From Chrysomallon squamiferum (taxonomy: Eukaryota > Animalia > Mollusca): a DNA stretch of 64,000 bases. This document shows, in pieces, positions 1 to 18,995 of the stretch. The translations under genes were made by a program, and so were the position numbers. The notes under the pieces are model-generated. The model worked only from the letters and a program-made list of their open reading frames with translations, had not been told where the DNA came from and did not search any database. Location of the stretch: contig CM022677.1 of assembly GCA_012295275.1 (NCBI GenBank), forward strand, positions 8,742,001 to 8,806,000, written 5' to 3'. The stretch's first letter is position 1, and each line of letters starts with the position of its first letter.

Positions 1-125
1 ATTTGTAATTAAAACCTGACAGTTATTTATGAGCCTTGAGTCTCCAGTGTTAAACTTGGTAAAACAACTAACAGGTAATGTAAAGCCTGCATGCCAACAT
101 CTAAAAATATCATCATCCTGCTTAC

Positions 126-3100
126 GAATTGCCTCGGGAGCCTTTCCAATTAGATCTCCCTCGAGAGCCTCCTCGGCCTCGAAAGAACCGATTGTTCTGA
201 TCACCTTGACCCCTGCTGTGCAACAGGAAAAAATGGCATACACTGTATCTCAGTCACATTAGCAGAGGTATGCCATAAAATGAATTTATATATATATATT
301 TTTTTTTTTTCATTTTTATACACCAATTACAAAACAAGAGATACCAGTTGGCATGCTTGTTATATATGTAATATCATATATATATATATGCACAAACATA
401 CACTACACATACATAATTTTATCATAATTTTCACATACACACAAACACATCTCTCAATGTGATTTAGATGAATTTATATGTTTTAATAATGTGTATATTA
501 TTGAGATTTCTAGCCATCTGCATCTGAATATAATTTAGATGAATTTATCACACACACAATATATTGAAAATTTATGAATGCTGAGAGAAACTTCTTATAT
601 ACCTAAATACAAACTGATCAATATATCCAGTTAAAAATATTATTCAGTTAACTGTATATACACTACATCCACATTTACCCATCCCAACCATCCTAAATTT
701 TGGTAAACAACAGTTGTGTACAGCTCTCTGTGTCAGGAACATGCACACACGCTGATTTAAATCAAACTCACACAATCCCTCAAGTAGTCAAATGTACTTT
801 CTTAATTAACTTTTCCTGTAGGTAATTCGCAGTTGTCTTTATTTATTAAATGTCAGAGGAGATAGTTACAAATTAGAAGTGATCCTGTGAATTAATGAAT
901 GACAGTTAATACCAGAAGTGAATTACACACACTGATGGCTCTTATCACGATTAAAAAAAATTTCATACTACATTACAAATAATGAATTACAAACTACAGG
1001 TATAAAAAAAAAAAAATCAAATATTAATAATCTTATTTATTACATATTTTCAGTTTTATTTTATTTAATAAACATCATTAGATGTCTAAACTTGATGATG
1101 ATTAATTTTAAATCTCTGGTAAAATATTCTGCCTTATAAATCAAACCTATTCAACAAACGTGTGAAACTGACAAACTGTTGAAAACAAATTACCTAGTGA
1201 ATGTCATTCCCCTGCCCCCTCTGAAATCACCTCCTCCTCTGCGCATGCCTCTTCCTCCTGAATAATAAAATATAAAGTTTACTGTTACCATAGTACTGAT
1301 CTGAGACTATTCTATCCTTTGCGTTTCTCATTTCCTGGTATTACTACCAGTAAAAAGAGTTCTTACTTCAGAAAATATTGTAAGTACCATTAACATAAAT
1401 AATTAACAGAAAAAAAAAATCACACATTATTTTTTTTTATATAAAATCTGTAGACCGAATTAGATGATCAGATTCAAACATTCAGGTAAAAAGAAAAAAA
1501 AAAAAATGAAAAAAGATAAAATTATTACTACTAATAACACTAATAATTGTAATACTAGTGTAATAATAGTGTAATAATAAAAAGGAAAGGAAGAAACAAC
1601 AAAAGAAAAAGTTCTGTTATTTTTCGTCAAGTACACAATTATTTATTTACATTGCTCTATTTCAACACACACACACACACACACACATTATACAGAAGTT
1701 TTTGTTACTTGTATTTCGAAATCCACCTCTTTGCCCCTGACCTCTTGCAAACCCTCTTCCTCTCGGTTGGACAAAGCCTGCATCTCCACCGGGCTTGAAC
1801 CAGCCTCTTTGTGCCCCTCGCCCTCGCCGCATGCCAAACCCTCTCTGCATGCCTCGCCCACCTATCTGATCACCACCACGGCCTACAGCTGCCAAGTTCA
1901 GCCGTGCTTTGATGTTACCACGCCCAAGCCTCTGCTGGAGATTTCGCTAGAAGAAATTAAAAGATGTTTTAAATCTCTTTTTCTTTCTCACACACACAAG
2001 AGAGAGAAGCAGAAAATGAATGAGAGCCTGAGAAAGTGAAAAAAATGAAAAAGAAGTGGAACCCGTTCACATTTTAGTATATAATGAAGAATATGTTTTG
2101 GTCTCACACAGTCACATGCACACAAACCAAAAATAAAAACAAAGCAGACAATGGCATTAGAGAGAGAGATACTGAGAAGATATCAAGACAAAAAGAATAA
2201 AACATTTACCTTTTTGATTCTCATGGCTGCCACAACACCCAATCTGTTGCCCATTCCGTCATTATCACTGAGAGAGTTGGCTGAATTATTCATTCCTGGC
2301 CTATTTGCTAGCTGTTGTGCCAAGCGACGATTCTTGGCACTAGCCTGCTGCTGCTGTGCGATGTTGGAGCGAATGTTTTGTGGCGATGGTGCAGGCTGGG
2401 GTCTCGATTTCTGAATATTCGTGAATCTTGTTGGGTGGAAAGCAAAGAAGTTGCAAGTGTAAATATTCTGTGTTTGTTATTTCGGTTATTACAAGTCAGC
2501 CAATACTTACATGTACATGCATTAGCAACAAGCATTTCATCATTTCTTCAAATTGTAATCACATCCTTACTGATACATTTCTTAAATCATCATTCTCAAT
2601 AAAAAAATTTTTTTTTTTTTTTTCAAAATATTTAATTTTTTCTTCTTCTAATGTTAAAACAAGATTTGGTCAGAATTTCCATTATAATATATAATAAAAT
2701 ATATTTATAAAAACCATTATCAGGTATGACAAAGATTATTTTTTTTATCTTCCATTATTTTCTATTAACTGAAACTATTCCTTTATTTATTTATTTGTAT
2801 TTTTTAATTTTTTTTGTTTTCTTTTCTGTTTTAGGAAGTATTATGTTTTTGTTTGTTTACAATGTCCACACAACTGACAATAAATTAAAACAGGTTTCGT
2901 GTTCTAAAGTATACAACTAATGTTTCAATCAACATGCCACATAGTGAACTTTATGAATGCATGATGTAAGAAGAGAAATCCCTGACAAATTTTGTGAAGC
3001 ACTCCCTTAACGATTTTCATATTTTTGGCATGTATGGCAAACGAAGTCTTCGACAATTTTTGCAGAGCATTTCATCCCAGGCAGTTCACATATATGTTAC

Positions 3101-4001
3101 TCTTTGTATCTGCTTTTGAAAGAACTGCAGTTCACAGTTAATCATTTTCTGGAGAAATCTCTGACAAATTTTGCGAAGCACTTCATAACAGTTTTTAAAA
3201 ACATGTATAAATATATATATATACATATATATATATATTGTTTTTTTTTAATTCAGCCTGTTTAGGAAGTTATATTTTCAGTTATTCAGAGCGTTTCAAC
3301 TTATAATAATCACTCTGTGAATCGAAACACTTTTTTTTTTTTTTATTTTCAAATTGTCTACAATGCAGTATTAAGAAAAACCTCCACTAAGGTTTTGTAA
3401 ATAAAAAAAAAAATAGATTATCTTTTTTCTCATATTTTTACTAATTCTTTGATTTCATAATTATCATAAGTTTGGAAATACAATTATCTTTGTTCTAAAT
3501 TTTATTATTATTATTTTTTTTATCTTATTTAGTAACAATTTCTTTCTTTCTTTCTTTTGATTCGGGAGTCTTCATCAATTTTTGCAGGGCATTTCATCTT
3601 CGCATTCATTCGAAATATGTACACTTGCACCTTCAAAAATGGTTTCTAGAAACCTCAATATACATTTTTTTTTAGGTTCAAAGACTCAATAAATATATGT
3701 ATATATGACATGAATGGAATCATAGCTTCCAAACTTCTGCATCCTATATAAGCAAAGGAAGCCAGAAATTTCCATTCTTATTGAGGAAAAATGACTGATT
3801 CAACAATCACATTATATGATAACAGCCTTTTGTTTAATATATGGCGTTAGCCAATAGGTGGATGGCAGAGGTAAAACTGCTGGCCAATCAGTTTTCACCT
3901 CACAAGAATTAGCCAATGAGAGGCTTTCTTTCTCACCGGTCATTCAGAGACATCTTGGTAGTGCTTTTCAGCACAATCTTTGTGGGTACTGGTGTTGTCA
4001 T
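126..4001 (-). CDS. CHTOP: Chromatin target of PRMT1 (CHTOP/FOP) orthologue, 3'-partial. Coding exons 4001-3937, 2426-2210, 1946-1709, 1257-1194, 212-126; the C-terminus lies beyond position 1
   Basis: Spliced translation MTTPVPTKIVLKSTTKMSLNDR|FTNIQKSRPQ...QQQQASAKNRRLAQQLANRP...|RNLQQRLGRGNIKARLN followed by RG/RGG-rich exons. This matches the CHTOP N-terminal motifs as recalled (KVVLKSTTKMSLNERF, ASARNRRLAQQM, LKQRLG). All introns are GT-AG with compatible phases (2,0,1,2). Confidence 0.93.
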
Positions 4002-4999
4002 TTTGTTTCCTGATCTAAAACAAACAAATAAAAAAAAAATTAAAATAAGTGACTGAAAGAATGTAAAAAAAAAACCAAGAAACATTACCAATGAATCAGT
4101 AAAATAATCTTAGTTACTAAAAAACCTATAACTTTTTGTTGTGTAATAAAATTTTAAAAAAAGTACATATAAATTGTGATAATGAAATATTATATGTGCA
4201 AACAGTACAACTCATTTACCAGAAATTTATAACTGATAAAGATTATCTTGTTGATCTAGAGGTCAGTCATTTTTACATTTAGATGTGCTTTTATTGCCAA
4301 CAGCAATCTTTTTTTTTTTTTTTTAAATTTAATTTATACAAGTTATTTTGTTCAGTTTATTTTTATTTTAAAAAGCAATAAATGGATATCATTTAGCCTA
4401 TAGGCAGAATCTGAACTTGGTGGGTTTCCCAAAACCCATTTTTGTTTAATAAAGTAGTCACTAGTAATTATTGGTGGTTCTTTCGTTTCATTTAAATAAA
4501 AAAATAAAAAAAATAGTGTTTAACTGCTTTTATTAACTTTTCAGGGATAATTCAGTCGTATATATATATACATACATATTGTCTATTACTGACATTTCAT
4601 CATGATAACGATATTTATAATCAGTCTTACTCTAAAAGTCTTAGTCATAGTATATGATACATTGATGATAGTGTTCAAGCATTTTTTAATTATTATTATT
4701 CAGAACTTAATTCCAATCGTTTGCTGGTAGGCCATTAAAAATTACGTAATCGTATACACAGCTTTACTATTAAGAAACAGTTTAATAACCTATAAACACA
4801 CATAAACCACAACTATAACAAATAAATTACTAAAAATGATGTAAAAATGTTAATATTGATATTCATTTTATTGTTATCGATCTCAGGAATTTTACACGTA
4901 GCAACTAATTATTTTATAAGCAACTAAGCATTTAAATCTTATGTTCACATATTACAAGGATACATTACCGTCTTCTTTTAAGTTAAATATAAAACAATA

Positions 5000-5231
5000 A
5001 TACAGTTTAAAAGTTTTTACACCTGCAACTTATAACACTAGATTTAATGGCGACCAAATCCCAAGTTAGAATGCTGCAAGGTCCGTTTATTTAACGTTTT
5101 AACCAGCAAAGAACCAATATTAACATCATTCCATTATTATGTTATGGTTTACCTAGTGAAAAATGTAATTTAAAATAGTCTTACCTGATTTTAGAATTGT
5201 ATTTACTAATGGCAATAACAACTACTGCTAC

Positions 5232-5280
<49 letters not shown>

Positions 5281-5465
5281 CGGTATATTAGTAACTACTG
5301 TAAACTTGGCTTTTCATTAAATTTTTAAATAATTATATATTTATTTAGTCAAAGCTAATTAAATATATTTTCAGATTAGACGTTTTAACCGCAAAGGCAT
5401 TGACAACGCTAAATGACATTTAATTAATGACATTTCAGTATCGCTTAAGGGTAACCGATAACAGA

Positions 5466-5519
<54 letters not shown>

Positions 5520-6266
5520 GCAATAAATTAATATTCACTAATTTAAATAATAATAAAAATAATACCATGTTTTTAAACGGTTATTTTTTCTTTTGTTTCT
5601 TTAATATAAGGCAATATCTGGAATGGGCTTCAAATCGTGAATCCGTATACACGTAACTGATTTTGTTTAGATAAACCTAATATTCGATTGTTGTGGTTAG
5701 TTAAGATGTTTAACAACAACCGCTATTAAATTTTAAAAAAAAAAATTTCTTTCTTAAAAACATTGCTAGATAAATTCATTGCTCAAAAGAAAATTGATTA
5801 GAGATGGAGAAAAAATATAAATGAAGACCGCATTTTATATTTATTGATTCAGTTTTTCTATAAAGATTTACGAAACTGATTAACAAGCATTTAGTTCTGC
5901 TTGCTACGCTTTATAACATACGAATGACAAAGTAACTTTTAACAGTCTACTAATATGGACGAGTTTAATTATTAGGGGAGCAATGTTTTTCGTATGAAAG
6001 CAATATTGAAATATATTTTTAAAATAGAAACTAGATTCTACAATATGAATGTCTGTATCTTTTGCTTTCGATTTTTATACGTACTAACATTTAAAAAAAT
6101 AAAATAAGTTTAAATTTTATTCCCAATTATTACGTTTTGACCTTAACAACAAAGTGAACTCATCCATACCAACACAACAAACGGAAGCTGAATTTATGAA
6201 AGTAATATTCATTGAAATTTACCTGGCATAATCGCGTAAAGGAATATACAAATTACTGGTTTAAAA
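5000..6266. promoter_or_regulatory. Probable divergent promoter region shared by CHTOP (-) and MNS1 (+)
   Basis: The genes are head-to-head. CpG is locally retained relative to flanking introns. An ETS-like CGGAAG lies at about 6182. Several minus-strand donor-like sites (about 5150, 5185, 6222) could end a CHTOP non-coding first exon. The TSSs cannot be located from sequence. Confidence 0.45.
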
Positions 6267-12323
<6,057 letters not shown>

Positions 12324-15300
12324 ACAATCAAGAACAGATAACTTGCTTATCATCAGTCAGGGGCAGATAAACTATATGTTTTAAAATTTTATTTATTTCT
12401 CCCTTTGAAACAATTCAGCAAAATTTTGTCCTATTTTTGTAAGAGATTTTTTTTTTTAATTTTTTTTATAAAAGATTCCTTTAAAGGGAAATAATAATAT
12501 TATTATTTTTCACACTTAATATTATGTCTAATTTCACTAGTATATGTTTTTAATTTTTAAATATAATATATGACTAATTGAATAAATAATGATAGAATAA
12601 GATATATTTAGAATCTGTGTTTACTTATAAAATGTTTAATATATTATCACTTTTAGTAAATAAAAATATGTAAATAACAAAATTTGAAACATAGTGTAAG
12701 TAAATGTTTTAAATCCTTCTAAATTATTATAAATTAAAAATATGGAGGATAATAATAGAATATTTTTCTTAATGTAAATTATTTTTAGGCTTGTTTGTAT
12801 AAATCAAGTAATCTTGCATGAAAATTTTATTGTTATTCTGACCATATGTCAGTTTATCTGTAAAACTTTTATTATTATTATTATTGTGGGGTTTTCAAGT
12901 TACAGAATATGTAGAACACTTTTTATTTTTGTGAAAGTTAATTTAAAAATATACATATAAGACTTTAAGATAACTAAAATTGCTGATATTAAAAATTTAT
13001 CACCAAGTAACCAAGTAAAAAAGTTATTGAAAATAGATAATAATAATAATGAGAAGAAGAAGAAGAAGAAGAAATACAAAAATAAATTTTTCAGAATCCG
13101 ACCTTATACATTAATTATGTTATTTTATTTTTATTTAACAAACTTTTAGTTATTTAAACATTTCAAAATAATCTGCAGAAACATATACATTTAAAAAAAA
13201 CAATAAATAATTGTTTTTCTAAAACTATAAAGAAGTTTATTTTAATTTTAATTTTATGAGATACTGCAAGATAAAATAATTATAAAACAAAAATCTCTTT
13301 AACATTACAGCCAATGATTCGGTTTCAACTTGTTTTGATTCTAAAGCTAGCTAATTTACAAGACAATTAACTACCACATAGTTTAGTCACAAAGTGTAGA
13401 GCTGTGCCATGTAAAATATATATTTTATCTCATTCTGCAAAAACTTAAATAATTTCATAAATATCTGGTTTACTTTCTTCATGTTTTGTATTGCAAAACA
13501 GCATAGGCTGTTCATTAAATTTTTATCTCTTATGTAAATATGTATATGTAATAAAAAAATTAAGTAATCAATGAAATGTTTATAAATTATTTTACAAATT
13601 AGCAGTAAGGGAGGAAAGTATGTCTAAGTAATTGGTGTTGATGATGTTCAGGATGCTGCTGCAAGAAAAGTAAAAAAAAAAATATATATATATAGAAACA
13701 AAAAAGATTATATATATATCTTTTAATTATTTTATTTTTTCTTTATATATTTATTTATATACATATTTTTTTTATTAATTAATTATTTTTAAATTTTTTT
13801 CTGCCCTCCACCAAAACATTGGGTGAAAGATCTGTAAGGAAAACACAGTAAAATGAGTGCGTGTAATGAATAAACAATTGTATTTTTCTAAGTCAGTCAT
13901 TTTCAGAAACCAAGAAAATTAACAAGCAGTGACACTACTTCAAAATATTTTTCATTTGTTTTGGTGTCTCAGGCTGTGGCAGTTAGCTTGTCAAATGTGA
14001 GTTCAGTGAATGTGTGACAATACAAGAAAAATGCCAACTTCATCTTAGTGAAGTTCTGTGTAAGACCTATTGTGGAATTCAAAATAAAGCTTTTTACTAA
14101 TTGTTTTATTTTTCAAATATTAACACCTCATTATTGAAATTTTCAAATTCTTCAGTAACTTTATAAATATTCCTCTTCACTTTTGTTGGTCTTGTATTGT
14201 GAATCAGATAAGTAACATTATAAATGACTCATTTTTTTTTCAAGTTATATTGCAAAACAAGCAAGCTTAAATTTCAACTACTTCAGAAATTTCATAAATA
14301 TCCTCTCCCCTTTCTTCCTTTTTACATTTTTTTTTTTTTTTTTGCTATTCAACAAACAAGTTGCTGTATAGATTCCTTGATTTCACAAACACCTGTCATA
14401 AAGTTCTTTGACAGAATGTGAAGAACAAGTTTATATTAAACAATTTTCTTTTCTTAAATTCTTTAATATCTAGTAGTTTGTTAAATGATCAAGATAAAGG
14501 GGTTTTATAATTCAGCATACATTTTGCTGTTGCCACACACAACTGGTCAAATATTTGACTTGTGGACTATGGATATTTGTATTGCTGGTGTGTGTAGCAA
14601 TTCATAATCTAAGAACATTTGTGTATAATGACTCAACAGCTGAGTACCAGTATTGGAGTTATATAGAAATCTTACACAATAGTCAGTATATTAAGTATAT
14701 TTTTGAAACCAAGATTGTAATATTGTAATTTATTTTTTTAAATTATTTAATTATAATTAAATTTACTTATTCTTTCACTGAAATAGATCTGATTGTATTG
14801 ATATATTATTTATGTAATGTTTATTTTTATGAATTATATTAAAAGCTACTTCACCTGATTCTCACTGATGTAGTCAGTAAATAAATTATTCATTATCACC
14901 AGTTAACTGAAAATGTGTCAATAAACTCATAATGTGTGATAAAAAAAAATCAGTTTTATACTGATTTAGAATATAGAAGAATTTTGTTTTGGGGTAAACT
15001 TTTAAAAACAGAACATTTGTGAGAGTTAACATAACAAAATAAAAACAAAAATAATGGAAAAAAAAATAAAAAAATAAATGTAAAAGATGAAGAAAACTAA
15101 ATTATTTGTCACATAATTACTAAATGTTATGTTACTATGCTACAGTGGAACTTCTTAAATATACTTTCATTAATATAACATAGAAAATAATAAATAATTT
15201 TTATTATAAGATTAAAAAATAAAGCAGTTAGATAGTGGTAAATGGGGGTACAGTATTATTACGAGCCTAAACAATTATCTTAACACATACACACACACAC

Positions 15301-18300
15301 ACACACACATTTTATGTGCTTTTCAAATGTTCGTGAATTTAGTGTGTGTATATATATATGTGGTTTTGTATTTTAATAGTAATATTTCAATTTTAACTAA
15401 AGAAATATACAAATTTTTTACTGTATCAAATAAAATCTAAAAATACCATTTAATTTTTACTGCTATATGTAGTGTAATAAATAAACTGCATTTATTTTTA
15501 ATTGTCATTCAAAAAGAATTATTTTATGAATTTGGGTATTAAAGAAAGATCAAAATCAGCAATCTTGAAATGCATTTTAAATATTTCACAGATGGTAAAA
15601 CTGAATGTTTTAAATTTTATGCATCTTTTTAATGTTGTCTGTCTTTAATTGGCATGTAAATTTTTAAAGATAATACAATTTTGTAAAAATAGTGATGTGT
15701 TTTTATTATTCATAATATAAAACTCATAATAAAAATGTATTTGTAATCTATAATGATCTTAAACTATAGAAATATATATATATACGATCCATAATGAATG
15801 CTCCATAATAAAAAATATATGGTAAAATGTAAGAATCTCCAAACGAGACAAGATTTTGGAAATAGCCTAAAATATAAAAAATGTATTTTTTTGGATTCGT
15901 AATGAACATCCTAACCACATACAAATGTTATGAGGAAATGTAAAAATAGAAATTATATATCTGTGATACTTCATAATAAAATTTCTGAGCAAATATAACC
16001 ATCCTGTTATATATGAGAAGATAACACTGATTCTTGCTGCTGAAAAATAATGTTTAGTCTGTGAGTATAAAGGCAGTCATTGGTTTTATTTCTGATGTTC
16101 CCATGGTGATAAATGAAGAATTAAATATATTTGTATTCTTCCAGTTTTTGTTTTTTGACATCCTATCTTAACCACAACCAAGTAAAAAAAAGAGTACAGA
16201 TTCAAAATGTCTGGTTTCTATACTGGTGATGTCATTGTGCACAGCATGGATTTCTTATTTGCTCCAAGTTTCTTCTACTTCAAACAAAATACAGCTATGA
16301 GTCTTAATTACATGTGATAAAGTTTTGTTATGGTGAGGAATATATAAAAATTAGAAATATTTACTTCTTCTCCATTATTATTAACTTCTTAAGTTTCTAT
16401 ATATTGGTTTATATAAAATAATAAAACTTTATATCTGTGGTTTATATTTTTAATTTTATTCGCTTTCCTATTGTCAGCAAAGATTCACTAAATTGACAAA
16501 CTAAAATTCAGAAGTATAAAGAATTTTACTTAACCTCAATTATGCATTAATAAAAAAAATAGGCTGGATGTGTCATAAAATGTCATTTTTCTTCTTATTA
16601 CTAAATAAATAATAAAAATGGCAAACAAAAAAAAATGATGATAAAACAAGCATTTATTACAAGACATGAACAGATATATACAAAGTATAAAAATAAAGTA
16701 TTGTAGATACACGTATATAACCATTTATAAAAATTTTCACTTCAAACACATATATATTTATCCAATTTATGACAATATTATAATATATAGTACGTATGTG
16801 TAGTGTAGTGTATAGTACATCATATACTTTCTGGTTTATTATTAAGCCCTCATAAATTGATTAATATAGATAAATAAAATAGATGTGGTTCACAAGTATT
16901 ATATAAACGGATTATAAATTTTGTTTGTTAATTAAGTAATTTTATGGTTTTGATTGAAAATACAAAAGGAACAAACAAACAGTTATTATATTATATATTA
17001 CATTATAATATTATACCCATTGTCTTTTACAAGCAGAAAAGACTAATAATTACAATGCCATTCTAGAAATACAAAATTAAACTGCAGCTATCAAAACAAA
17101 ATTCATGAAAAAAAAGAAAAAAGACAAGAAGAGAAAATTAGAAGGGAATGTTTGGATTAAGAAAAAGAAAATAGAAATTGTGGAAAAGTTATTCAAAACA
17201 GTCATCTAATTTAACAAACGTTAGGCAGCACGACTAATGTTTTTTTTTTTTTTTTTTTTTTATTTATTTATTTTTTTTTTTTTACTGACTGACAGTACAT
17301 GAAGATGATACAAGAAAAATGACCTAACTTCTAAAGAAAAATAAAAATAAAAATAAAAATAAAATAAAATGGCAGTAGCAGTAATAATAATAATACTTCT
17401 AAAATAAAGAAATTAATTAAGCATACGTTTTAAAGAAATTTGTATCAAGGCACACAAAACTGCATAATTTAACTGCATATTTTTATGAATTGTAAATTCA
17501 GAATACTAGCAATGCAATAGCAAGTCTAAAAAAAAAAAAAAAAATTAAAAGAGAGAAAATCAAAAAAACCCAACAAACTAACAATGCACACTTTTAATAA
17601 TTAACAGTTTGTAAGAAAATGAATGCAAAAATCAAAAATATATTTTTTAATTTTTTTAGAAAATAAACAAAAATACAAAACCAAAATAACCAGGATGAAA
17701 ACAATCTAATTTACAAAACCTATGAAAAGTATCAAACTAAAGTGACGGCAATATTTAATAGAAAAATTTGTAAAAAAAAAAAAAAAGATATATAAAAAAA
17801 AAAAAAAATTCTATCTAATAAAAAGAATGAAAAATAAAAATTAGGCTTTTATTATATATAAAAACACAACAACAACAATTAAAAAATAAAGACTAAATGT
17901 AAAACAAATTATAGAAAAAAATATATATATAATAATAATAACAATCAGAAGAAGAAGAAATTTCAAAGTTATGAAACTTTACAAAATAATTAAATATGTT
18001 TACAAATGAAAAGGTAGTTAGGCCAATATTGCAGACCAACAGAAATAAAATAAAAATAAAAATAAAAATAATAATATTAATTAATTAAAAGAAGATAATA
18101 ATAATTCTACTACTAATAAAAACAATTCTGATTTATGTTATCAAAAGCTATAGTGTATTTGAAAACATAAAATTAATACCAGATTATGTGTTAACTAGGC
18201 AGTGTTAGTAGTATTAAAGCATTTTACTCTACAAACCTGAACTTCATGAACCGTCAGTAATATCTAAATTTATTTAACATTATTTCATAATAATAATAAT

Positions 18301-18418
18301 AATAATAATAATGATAATAATAATAATGGTAATTATAAAAATAATAATAAATTAAAAGGGAAAGAAAGAGAAGTGAAGGTAAGAGAAATAAATACAAACA
18401 TACATAACCTGAAATACT

Positions 18419-18494
18419 AAATTGTTTATTTTGAATTAATACATAATTTTATATATATATATAAAATTATGTATTAATTCAAAATAAACAATTT
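18419..18494. repeat. Perfect 76-bp AT-rich palindrome centred on (AT)6
   Basis: aaattgtttattttgaattaatacataatttt-atatatatatat-aaaattatgtattaattcaaaataaacaattt; the 32-bp arms are exact reverse complements. Confidence 0.95.
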
Positions 18495-18949
18495 TATACA
18501 TATATATATGTATAATTTTCTCTGTATGTGTGTGTGTATATATAGTCATTGAGAATTTAAGTATTATTTTATAGTTTATAATAATATTTAATAAATTGCC
18601 AATGACAAATATATATATATATATATATAAAATTTTATATACAGATACACTATATGTTAATACTTAATAAACTGCCAATGACTTACTTTTAACTAAGAAA
18701 CAAAGTTACAGTGATACTTTACAAAGAAATGAACTTGCAATATGACTTCATACAATCCCATTTCACTTGCACTGAACTCATCTATCAAGAAAAGCTAATG
18801 AGGTAAAATGTAAATATTACACTATACTGGAAATACATTCACACCAGAGAGAGAACAAGTAAATACATTTAAATAATAGTAATAGTGAAAGTAGTAGTAG
18901 TAGTAGTAATATTAATAATAATAATAGTACCAGTAGCAGTAGTAGCAGC

Positions 18950-18995
<46 letters not shown>

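Noticed and set aside
1-120. Possible C/D snoRNA (ATGATGA on the minus strand at about 116-110)
   Set aside because: It lies about 10 nt from the donor, and no D box (CTGA) or terminal stem is visible within the window.
850-950. GTGATAA...CTGA segment in a CHTOP intron as a snoRNA
   Set aside because: Imperfect C box, weak terminal stem and no recognisable rRNA or snRNA antisense element.
1731-2602. Plus-strand ORFs 1731-2039, 2151-2414 and 2315-2602
   Set aside because: Antisense shadows of CHTOP exons.
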